This document shows, in pieces, positions 40,601 to 53,332 of a DNA stretch of 64,000 nt; position 1 is the stretch's first letter; every line of letters starts with the position of its first letter. Both the position numbers and the translations under genes were made by a program. The notes under the pieces were generated by a model. The model saw only the letters and a list, made by a program, of their open reading frames with translations, ran no database searches and had not been told where the DNA came from. Location of the stretch: the NCBI RefSeq assembly GCF_037042905.1, contig NC_087263.1:12216001-12280000 (forward strand), given 5' to 3'. The DNA is from Lytechinus pictus. Taxonomy: Eukaryota.

Positions 40601-43600
40601 TCGTATCAGTTACACAGATTCATGACAAAAAGGCCTACCAGAACCAAAACTGGCAATTTCCATCATCCATCATGAATGCCTAGCCTTGCACGGCCTCTAA
40701 TTGAAATGAACTTATCCACGTCTTTGCAAATTTTACCTGACCTAATTTCTCCACTCAGTGAGAGAGGCCATGTGGCAGCCAAACCAAAACAGAATGAAAA
40801 GGGCGGCAATCTCGTACCCCCCCCCCCCCACCACCACAAGAATATCAGATTTCCAAACATGTGCTTCTCAAGATTGTGCAATACATGACGGAGACAAAGA
40901 AAGTTATGTAAACAAATTGCCGAGGGTTGATGTCCCTGAATTAAGGGGCTAGTCTACGTTTTCAGTCACTTAAGAAAATGGCGAACTGGCCAAAGGTGAA
41001 ATACATCATTGAAAAAAAAAATGAATGTTTGGATTAAAATAACGAAGATTAAATGAAATATGACTGAAAAATATCCATAGTTGAATCTCTACTTTTATTA
41101 CTGACAGAACAATAACATCATTTTTTTTATTAACTTCTTGCCAATATTCCAATAAGGCAAGACTCCCATTTAAGACTAGCAAGCAAACGTTATCAATGGG
41201 ATTTTTGAATGAAAGAAAAAAAAATCAAAGCGTGATTTTTTTTAAAGGGATAGACGAGACTCTTGTTTTGAACAGAGATATAAAAATATTTAAAAACAAA
41301 CAAGAGGTGATAAACACTTCATTAAAATTATAATGAAGTTCGTAGTGAATTACAACTTGTAAAAGGAGAAATTAACAAGAATAATAGGGAAATAAAGTTT
41401 GGAAGAAAAGAAGGAATGAGGAGAGACAAGCTTTGGGGGGAAGGATCAAGATGGGTGGCTGCAGCTCGACATGGGGCTAGAGAGTGTACATAAATGGGAG
41501 GGGGGGGAGCAATCATCTATCAAGTCGCCCAGAATCTTACACCTTCAAACTTCTCACACAATCCACACACAAATCCCAGTTCATGATACAATCACAAGTG
41601 TCGCTCAACACATGCGCACGTGGTCTCTACTGGCATTTTACAGTCACACACACAGAAATACACACTACACACAATGCACACGATGCATCCCCATACCACA
41701 TGCAGTCACACTGAGCCTAAAGCACACAAGCAGAGAAACGTTCTGCTCGAAGTGTATGACTCCTCGGCTCCAAATTCTACATTTATTTTATCTCAGTGCT
41801 TGGAGTCGGCGCTGGGGCCGATTTTCGTCCATGAATGAGAGAGCATGGCAAAGACTCGAGTCCCTTTATCTCAGAACCGCCGCCGCTTGGTACTCGAGTC
41901 TCCAGAGATCAGGGTCGACTCCCCGACTCTGGCATTGAGAATCGGGTAGACTCGATTACCCGGCGCTGGCTCCCAAGCCTAGTTGACGGGGGCGATTATG
42001 AGTTTTGCAGTCGCCCTCGTGTGAATGCTTTTAGCCCTTTTCCGGGGCTCTTTTTGGACTTTCCGGGGCGAATTCGCCCGCCGCCCCCGTGTAATTTTTT
42101 GGTTGATATAAACAGTTAATACAGAATGCCTTTCAATAAAAACAAGAAAGGGTAATACATGCTAAATCATTTGAAAATGAAAAAAAGGGAAACTAAAATA
42201 AGGCCATGTGGCCCTGTAAAATAAGTTCCCTTATATCTATATCTTATACAATAAAATATATTATGTGTTACTGAAAGACATGTTTACAAAAAAAGAAACA
42301 AAAATGAAATATGTCAGAAATACATCAACAAAAAAAAATATGGCAATACATGCACTACTTGGGGTACATGTACATGTCAGTATTTTGATAAAAAGAATGT
42401 TTTCAAATGTTTTTTAAATGAGTTTTGGTTATTACAAAGAGAAATATAATTTGGTAATGAATTCCAAATGATTGGTATACTACATGTACATCGAGGACAT
42501 TTTTCTTCATACATAAATAAAACTTTCCAACGATGAAAATTATATCGATTTCTTGTATTGTAATTGTGAACATTAAGATTTGCAGAGAACATAGTGGAAA
42601 TGTTAGATGGAAGTAGATTGTGAAAATACAAGTAACCCAACACTGCTGTTTGATACTGATATAAATCAGTTATATTCAAAGTTTTGAGTTTTATAAAGAG
42701 AGGAGCAGAATGGGCAAGGTAATGGCTGTTGGTGCAAATTCGCAAAGCTTTTTTTTGTAATCTAAATAAGGTGTTTATTTTTAACTTAGTACAATTACCC
42801 CAAACGCTGACACAATATGATAAGTATGGTAATATAAGAGCATTATATAATGAAAACAAAGAATGATTTGAAAGATAGTATTTAAGCTTAAATAAAATAC
42901 CAATACATCTGGATACTTTGCAAATAACATTGTTAACATGGGTATCCCATTTTAAATTACAGTCAATATAGATTCCAAGAAAATTTACAAAATTTACCCT
43001 CTTTAGAGGAATGGAGTCAATGGAAATTGTAATATCAGTCAATGTGTTTAAAATATCAGATAAGTTATGTAAAGAAAATATCATGAAATTGGTCTTCTTT
43101 TTGTTTATAAGCGACCTATCAGAATCATCGTTGCATGTGCATTTAGCTTCATAGACTGACTAGGAACCAATCAGAATCGCTCTTTCAAATTAGCAATTAA
43201 TCGCTAACCTTTGTGTTACGGGGCCATGAATCAGCCCTATCAACAAATGAGTTGATGACATCTTGTGCTTTTATCGCATTTCTTCCTAATAGTAAAACCA
43301 GGGGCCTGCAACACAAAGACTAGCACTTGATTTTCACGATTGATTGTACATTGTAGTCTATGCAATCAATCGTAGAAAAATATTATACGATCATTGCTAA
43401 GCTTTTTGTTATGGGCCCAGGTGTTAACGGAGCAGAAAATGAAAGATCAATACAATTCAGTCAAGAATAAAATACAATTCACTTCATTTACATTTCGTTT
43501 TGCTTTTATTGCATTTCTTTGAAATAGTAAAAGTGGTGCTAATGAAGTCGGAAGTGGAAAATTGATGCAGTTCTGTAATAAAAGTCAGTTGATTTACGTT

Positions 43601-46600
43601 TTGTTGTGCTTTTATTGTGTTTCTTTCCAACAGTAAAAAGGCGGTGCTAACGGAGCAGGAGGTGGAAGATAAATACAACTCATTAACGTTTGCTTTCAAG
43701 ACGGATCGTCTAACGCTCGAACAGAGGTACAAACTACAGCAACATCAGAGAAACGTGATCGAGAAGAACCTTCAAGATGAGTTACGGGACCATGCTGGTG
43801 TCGTTCAGGTATTAAGCAGGATTCACATGTCAAAAGTAGAAAAATGTTGCTATTTATAGAAAGAAAGGTTTATTACCAGTGGACAATTTCATGAAATGAT
43901 TAAAAAAAATATTATGCCTCCATTCAAAGTGTCTCTTCTTTCAGTTGAATGATAAATCTGGGTGATCTTGTCCTGGTTGGTCTGTATTCTGGGCCAAATT
44001 TGTTCACCACACTTCTAATAGCAGACTGTGATCGGTGTCTGTGCCCCAAAACCTTGAGGGTTTCCTGCTAGAGACAACCCACTGTTCGCCGTTTCTGAGA
44101 TTTATTGTTAGCTGGGTATAGCTTCCTTTAATTTTTGTCGGGAAAACTGCACGTTCTAATGATTCATCGAGCTCCTAATAATTTTTCCCTATAAAAAAAA
44201 GTGGAAAAATTTATTTTGTCATGTGATCACCAACAAACCAATCCTCTATTTCGAATACTCATGTATATTCATAGAAGTGATATAATGTATGTAATATTTA
44301 TTATGTGTTATTTTTGTTTGCTCTGTAGTCTTTGGAAAGGAGGTGTGCGGAGGATGAAATTGCCAGAACAGACATCAATAAACTAAAGCAACACATTGAT
44401 GTGATTCAGTATGCCTTGGTCAAACTTGCCAGTAAAGCGGAGGGATTCGGTGCAGTACAACAGGTATGGATGCATCGGTACATCCTGTAGTGTTTTGATG
44501 ATGATGATTAGGATGAGGAGGAGGAGGAGGAGGAGCATTATTATTATTATTGTTATTATTATTTATTTGGCAAATAATACAAAAATACATTTCAGTATAA
44601 ACAATACTAAATAAGAAATATCAGCCATTGAAATGCCAGGGACAGAAAAAAAAGTTAAGTGAATTAATGTGGCATAAAGCCTCCTGTCCCAATTCCAATG
44701 GTTGATTTACAATATACTGTATATTGATAACTAAACAATGATAATAATAACTGATGCGAGGATTGCAACTATTTCATTTGTGTTTGATCATTTTTTACAA
44801 TCATCCTCGTGCATTCACAATGAGCAGAAGCCGTGCAAATGGACATGATTCACCATTCTCTAGTCGGTTGTTTAAAAGGGATTCAAGACTGCTAAATCAG
44901 CTGTAAATAGGGAGAGAATGGCTACAAAACAGCAAGTTGTTAAAGGAGAAATATATTGATTATGAATATGGCCTTATTATATATCAGTGGAGAGGTAATG
45001 ATGTGAGGATTACCATTAGGTCATTCAAAAATAACGAAAATAATACATAAGGTGGAAATTGCCAATTAAAAAGCGCTAAAATGCCTCTCCGAAATATGCC
45101 TCGCATCGGTCTCTGAATTGACTCGAATTTGATGACGTCACTGTCTGTACGAGAGGCGTGATTGGCTCTCCCACGTCAAGCTCCACTTGCATGCAAAACC
45201 TGTTGCGAGGGTACGTTTTCTCCACACTGACACTGAATACTTCGATCATGAAATGAAAGAAAACCCAGAAGTTTATCTAGATTTGGATTTTCAAATTGAT
45301 GATTATGCAGATGAAGAGAATGATGATAAAGTTTCTAACTCTAGAAAAACAAAGTGACGTGGATGGTGGTAAATTAAGGGAATTACGGCGGTGATGATGA
45401 GTAGGACAATTCAACTTGCAAGCCGATTCGCTACCAACGCATGCAGCTGCTAGCTGCACCGCGGGTCAAATCCATGAAAATGAATTCCATGCAGCATGAC
45501 CACATCCAGACAGAGTCTCTTTCCTCTATCAACAACGTAATGAGAAGGAAAATAATAAAATAACTGTACTTACAAATAAGTGAATATATATCCGAACCTA
45601 GGCTGAAGGTAAATCAACTCAAGGAATAGCAGCAGACGATATGCACCGACGATGAATTTCACGTGGCTGGAATAGATTGTCACTCGTTCTGTTAGATAAA
45701 ATGTATATCTCATTATTTTGACTAAATTACGAAACTCGGAGAATTAGTATTTTACATAAAAATTAAGTAACACCTGGTACTATTTTTTGAATTACGATAA
45801 AATATTTTTGAAGCAAAGAAATTGAGGTAAATTAAAATAAGATATAAAGGATCATCCACTTAGCCGCATGCGATTGTAAACAAACAATCAAAAGCACATG
45901 GCCAGCTTGCTCCACTGAACTGAAAATACGTATTTTCAGTTCAGTGGCTTGCTCGCCCATAGAGTTGGATAAAGCTACGCTTTATCCAACTCTATGTGCT
46001 CGCCTTGCTGATTGTTTACAATCGAATGCGAGCTAGGCGGATGATCTTTTATATCTAATTTTAATTCACCTCATTTTCTTTGCTTCAAAAAGGTTTTATC
46101 GTAATTCAAAAAATATAGTACCAGGTGTTACTTAATTTTTATGTAGAATTAGAATACTTATTCTCCGAGTTTCGTAATTTAGTCAAAATAATGAGATATC
46201 TCCCAGCCACGTGAAATTCATCGTCGGTGCATATCGTCTGCTGTTATTCCTTGAGTTGATTTACCTTCAGCCTAGCTATATAGGTTCGGATATATTCACT
46301 TGTTTGTAAGTACAGTTATATCATTATTTTCATTCTCATTATGTTGTTAATAGAAGAAAGAGACTCTGTCTGGATGTGGTCGTGATGGAATCCATTTTCA
46401 TGGATTTGACCCGCGGAGCAGCTATCAGCTGCATGTGTTGGTAGCGAATCGGCATGCAAGTTGAATTATCCGACTCATAATCACCGGCGTAATTCCCCTA
46501 ATGTATACCTCTATCGGCGTCACTTTGTTTTTCGAGAGCTAGAAACTTCATCATCATTCTCTTCATCTTCATAATCATCAATTTGAAAATCCAAATCTAG

Positions 46601-49600
46601 ATAAACTTCTGGGTTTTCTTTCATTTCGGGATCGAAGTATTCAGTGACAATGTAGAGAAAACGTACCCTCGCAACAGGTTTTGCATGCAAGTGGAGCTTC
46701 ACGTTGGAGAGCCAATCACGCCTCTCGTACAGAAAGTGACGTCATAAAAAATCCCCAATTTCGCGGACGTAATTCTGCGTGTTTGAAGCATTCAGAGAGA
46801 GAACTTTAAACTATCAATTAACTGAGTTCCATCGGTCTCCATGATAAATGATTTACACCATCGTGTTCTCCTTATTTTCTCCTTTAATTTGATATATGAT
46901 TCTCCATTTTTACGATTTTCAATATAGTTCTACTTTAACTCTTCTTACGATCAATTCTGAAGTTTACTTTATTCCCCTTGTATTTATTGTAGTAAATATA
47001 CAGTAATACTGTCAACAAAATTATCATCATCACCATGTCATCACCATCATCATCATCACCATTATCATCATCAGTCAATCAATCAACGTCATCATCATCG
47101 ACATCACCAACGTCAATGTCATCAAAATAATCATAATCTTTTGAACATGATTACCCCAAACTCCAGATTTGTGAATAGAACAATGCATTAATATGCCAAA
47201 TGTAAGGAAACCTTTAAGTACAGTGTATCTGGACGTCAAATATTTTGCTTACATACCATGACATCATATTTACTCCTCATCATTTAATTTTGATTGTTAA
47301 TGGGCTTTGTTTTTCTGATGTAGGAGGATAGATTGAGCAGAGCTTCCGACATCATGGTAACCTACGTCGAGAACATCAAGAGAAGTCTTGAGAAAGAAAG
47401 ATCCGAACTCACAGAAGCAAAGTGAGTCACAATCTTCTGTGCTTCAGTTACAGTTTGGCATATTTTGCTTGCTTATTGGGTTTTTCCCCCTTTTTATTCC
47501 AGAAAATAAGAAAGAACCTTTATTTCATAATTATTAATCAAACACAAACGTATTTGCACGTTGAACAAGAAAACCCAACAAAATCCACTGTTTCGTCGCC
47601 TTCTTGTGTATAAATTCCTGTGGGGGAAAAATCTTAAAGTGACGAAGCCTCTTTCGAGAGGGCTACAGAACTGAGATAAAAGTTGTAGAAAGGGAGACTT
47701 ACTTCTTCAAAACGTATAGTCTGTAGTTAGGCCATTTCTTTTTATACTCAGCTGTGACATCTACAAGAAGGAGAAAGAATAGAGAGGAAAACAGCTTGTC
47801 AAGTTGTCAAAAATGCACCAATAGAATATGAAAACTGATGTTTGCTGTAAATAATACATTTTTAAGTCGTTGTCTAATTGCAGAAGTTTTATGCTATAAA
47901 ATATTGAAATCATACTCTTATTTCTAATCTTGATACATTTTCCAAACTGTTTTGCAGATCTGAAGTTTTATGCCACAAAATATATTTGAAAAATCACACT
48001 GTTTTATTGGAAGTATTAAAAAAAAAAATCTTTTTCATATTTTAGGAGAGTTCTACATGAAAACAAGATCTTACTTAGAGGAACTTCTTTTGCAAGTGAT
48101 GGTAAGTTTTGTTTGATTGTACTCGATAATTGGCACCTTATAAATTATGAATATTATAACAATGTATTACATTGAAAACAATTTTGAACTGGAACAAAAT
48201 ACCCTCATATTTACAATATCATAGTGGTCTGCTAATAATAATTCTACATAATTTTTGTCTCACCTGCATAGCAGAGTGAGACTATAGGCGCCGCTTTTCC
48301 GACGGCGGCGGCGGCGGCGTCAACACCAAATCTTAACCTGAGGTTAAGTTTTTGAAATGACAGCATAACTTAGAAAGTATATGGACCTAGTTCATGAAAC
48401 TTGGCCATAAGGTTAATCAAGTATTACTGAACATCCTGCCTGAGTTTCATGTCACATGACCAAGGTCAAAGGTCATTTAGGGTCAATGAACTTAGACCAT
48501 GTTTGGGGAATCAACATCAAAATCTTAACCTAAGGTTAAGTTTTTGAAATGTCATCATAAATTAGAAAATATATGGACCTAGTTCATGAAACTTATACAT
48601 AAGGTCAATCAAGTATCACTGAACATCCTGCATGAGTTTCACGACACATGACCAAGGTCAAAGGTCATTTAGGGTCAATGAACTTTGGCCGAATTGGGGG
48701 TATCTGTTGAATTACCATCATAACTTTGAAAGTTTATGGATCTGATTCATGAAACTTGGACATAATAGTAATCAAGTATTACTGAACATCCTGTGCAAGT
48801 TTCAGGTCACATGATCAAGGTCAAAGGTCATTTAGGGTCAATGAACTTTGGCCAAATTGGGGTATTTGTTGAATTACAGCCATAAATTTGAAAGTGTGTT
48901 GGTCTAGTTCATAAAACTTGGACATAAGAGTAATCAAGTATCACTGAACATCCTGTGCGAGTTTCAGGTCACATGATCAAGGTCAAAGGTCATGTAAGGT
49001 CAAAGAACTTTGGCCACGTTGGGGGTATTTGTTGAATTGCCATCATATCTCTATAAGTGTATTGGTCTAATTCATAAAACGTGGAAATACGAGTAACCAA
49101 GTATCACTGAACATCTTGTGCGAGTTATAGTAGTTTTCAAAATCAGCACTGCTGCTATATTGAATCGCGTGATGCAGTTGAGACGGCCAGAGGCATTCCA
49201 CTTGTTTTGTTTTTAAGTGATGGAATATAATGAAATAAAAGTGTATTCCTCAGGGTTAGAGGTGAATTGAATTCACTTATTTTTAGGTTCCTTTTATTAA
49301 TTTTGTTGACAGAAAATTGATTATAACATTTTAAAGGTGCTTTATAATTTTGTGATGCGTTTAAAATGTTTGGCCTTGAAAGGACCACCCAAAACTCGAC
49401 GCTTCAACAAGAATGTTTTGCCGCCTTCAGGAGGAAGTCTGACTGAGGATTTTATGTTTTTCTCCATTTCTCTCAGATACAGACTCGGTTAGTAGATTAC
49501 GAAGATCATCCACGTTAACCAGTCCAGCAATGAAGGTAAGTGAAAACCACCCCACTCTTACTTGGGCTTCAAGAGTAGTATCATCTTCAAATATTCATAA

Positions 49601-52600
49601 CACGATCCACATTCCAGTTTATCATGTTGGTACAAGAAGCCCTTAGCAAAATATATAAATCAAAAGGATTCTAATGCTTCTCTGAATTAATGAAATTTCC
49701 ATCTTTGTAATCGTTTATTAAATTAATTTTAATTTTGGCCATGTAGAAGCTTTTTGATAGTGATGTTAGATGGACGTAGGCTATGTTGATATAGTGTACT
49801 GCACTCTATTCTGTGTAACCGGGCTACATGTTCATAGATAATTATTAATTTTTTTTTTTGTAATTCATTAACATCGTTTGGCATATACTAGTAATTGTTG
49901 GTGTGAATTAATACAGCATATATACACATAGAACATCCTCTCTTTGTTTTACCGTGTTTTAATGGGATTTTTATAAAAAATACCTTTAACTTGCTAGAAT
50001 GAACTTCTTATGCAGTGTAATGCTGTGCTTTGGTTTGGGTCTACTAACAATATTCAATATTCTCCATTCATTTGGTAGATTTTAACCTAGTTTCTTAATC
50101 AGGTATTTATTGACTCAAGTTGACTGTAGCTCAATCCTGCATAAAATTATGTTGGAGTTTCAGTAATCATACACTACCAGTCACAGTCCTTTGACTCCCT
50201 ATTACCTTTTTTAACCAGAGAACAATAACTTCAGCGGATTAATCTACAATGTATTGTTCTCTGGTTGAAACAGGTAATAGGGATTCTAAGAATTGTGACT
50301 GGTACTGTACATGTATGTAGCAGGTTTGGGCATTTCCTAATACATAATACGTCACTCATTTGCGTTAATCCTGATTAAAAATAGAGGTGGACATTTGAAA
50401 GATGGCGATTTGAGAACCAGTGATCAAATGAAGAAAAAGAAAAAGAAAGAAAAAGAAAAAGGAAAGAATGAGAGAAGAAAGAAGAATGAAAAAAAATTCA
50501 AGATAAAGTAACAGTATGCTACCCCTCTATTATTCAATATTGAGGCGACAAAAATATGTCTTCTTTAGATAATCTTGTTGCCCCCCCCCATCAATATGCC
50601 CTACGGCACTGATCCTGAACGATATTGAAAATCCTTATCCTCCATTCTCAACACTTCTTTGCTTCAATAGAGACCATGTGGTGATCAAGTATGTATTTTT
50701 TGTTCTGCGTGGGGCAGAATTTTTATCATTATGAAATACATTTGAGCTTTTTCTATAAAGCATGCATTTTTATTGGGACGTTGACCTCATATGGTGCTAC
50801 GGGGTTTTTTTCTCATCAAAAACATATGTTATATTCCATTAAAAAGAGACCATATGGCGATCACGAACATGTACATGTCTTTTAATCATTACAAATATTA
50901 TTAAGCTTCTGTTAGCATGCAAATTCCCTGGGAAGTTGGAAAGAAGATATTTTTATATGTTCATTCATCCCATAGGGTTCTAGAGGGTTATTTTTTCATG
51001 CTTTAGACTCGTCTTTTGTCTCTACAGATGTATCATTTGTATGTCAATCAAAGTTATTTTTCATCTAAGAGGTGTTGCAAGAAACCTACAGTCAATTTCA
51101 AGACTACTGGGGTCTCCAAGTCAATCATTTGTCACGCGATTGATAACAAATTTCCAATCGCTTTCTGATTTGCTTTTTTTGCAAACAAGAGTATACTTTT
51201 TTTTTACAGATGAAATTAAAGTGATTGGTTAACATTGGTTTGACTTTAAAAAAATCTGAGCTAGAAGGTCACACTTGTCACCTGTGTCTGTGATATGTTA
51301 CAAAAATGAAGCCCAGAAAAAATTGCGTTCGAAAATCATTATTTAGTGCTTCAAAAATTGAAATATAAAGTAACCGAAAACACCATCTTAATTTCATCCC
51401 ATACTGTATACTATTTAGGCGTCTATAAGACGCCTATTTACAAAATCGGCGTTTGCCTTGTAGTTTTAGCTTTTCATTCTCAATAATGGTTGTTTTCAGG
51501 GTTTATTAGTTCTAATACATGCACTTGTACACATGTTTCATCTTGGTTTGAGAATTTTTTAAATCGGCTGCTCACAAAGTTAAACAATACCTTTAATCTA
51601 TCAATTGTTAAATTACATCAGATTTTTGCCATTGATTGCAAATATTTTCTTGCAACACCTCCTATAGTTGTAACTTCTGAAGGTTTCCATGGTGAAGAAG
51701 AAGAGTATTGTAGGTTTCACGGTACACCAACAATTTGTCCAAGATATATACATGGTGTACTGTGGAACCTACTACACTAACCTCCTATAGTTGATAAAGA
51801 TTCATTTTGGGGAACTGAAAATAAGAGTTCGAAATGTTATCGTGATCTTTTTCGAGGATTGTCTTGAGAAGACTTGAGCGGAGAAAACAAATTTGAGATA
51901 AAGTGCGATAATAAGGCTACTTTTGGGATTGAAGGTTAACGTGATGTGATTAAATTCAAATTTTGATTCTTTAATAGTACGTGTATATAAAGTAAACGAG
52001 TGAGGCTGTTAAATTTTATAGGATTATAGACATGTTACATTTCAGTTCAAACATCAAATTGTATAAACTTCATAACAATATATCTATTTCATATGATATA
52101 CAACCATACATGTAATTATTATACTGTGTACAATCACTTCATGTCATATAATTTCATTACTTCTATAAATGCATCTTTCTATGTATTTATTATCGTTCAT
52201 TGAATTCATTTGGAGAGATAATATTTGTTTTTTGTGACTTCATACTGCAACCAAATTCAAAACATTAGAATAATGAAAAGAGATAAATGATTTCATAATA
52301 CTTGTACATGTGTGTTTGGGATTATTGACAAGCTATTGGTATAGTTTTTCACGGTATGTTAGGGTTTGCATGAGGGACAATTTATATTCTTTTATTGGTT
52401 ATTAATTTGTAGTCCTACTTATTCTATCAATATCTTATCCAATAATATATATATATATTTTTTTTTTTGGGGGGGTCTAATTCTGTTACTCCTTTTCTTT
52501 ACAATGGACGTGTATGATGGATTATTTAAAAAAGATTTAAAGAAAGATTTAATTTAAATTGTAAGTTTATGTGTGTTTTACATTAATTCCCATTGTACAG

Positions 52601-53299
52601 TAGGACTTAAGAGAAAGGAAAAAAAGGGAGAAAGTGAAATTGTTCGTTAAATAATTCCTTCCAAATTAAAATGAATTTGATGCCCACACAGACAAGCTAT
52701 AAATTATACAATTGATGTACATTGTAACACAGCAAAGTACATCTACGACTACCAGATATTCAAAAAATAATCTAGGATTTGAAAGTCTAAGAAAAATGCA
52801 TAATTTTTCTTAAATACACCATGTTTTCAAGTCTTCAAGCTACATGTACTGTTATGCATGACTGAGTATATGTTTTACATATATTAATAGCATGGTCAGA
52901 TTTTCTTTCCCTATTAATTTATTTTTCGAATTTCCATAGTCTATCAAATGATGATTTTTATCTCGCCTCCATTTGATTGTACACATGCAGTTAGGCATGA
53001 ATGTGTACATGTATATAGTTCCATTTTTATGTTGTATTTATTGTTTAATATGTTTTTAGCTCCCATTCTTCCCTCCCCCTTTCCTTCCCTGGCCAATGTC
53101 ACTTTTAAGCTTCATCGTTTATCTTTTCCCCATCTTTATTTTTTGTATTTCTCATTTACACATTTCTTTTTTCTTTTTCACAGTAACCCCTTATTTTACC
53201 TTTGCATAAGAATTTCTTGTGTCATCTTTTTAAATATCTAATTCCCTCTCTTTCTTTGTATTTCTCTCTGATGGTGTTCTTTCTTTCTTTCACTCCCTT

Positions 53300-53332
<33 letters not shown>

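Noticed and set aside
41471..42119. ORFs inside the 2.2-kb TIR element
   Set aside because: No transposase motifs; probably chance ORFs in GC-richer DNA
47660..47730. Hammerhead-like fold (ctacaga...ctgagat...caaaacgta...tctgtag)
   Set aside because: Both core boxes deviate from consensus; too degenerate to call
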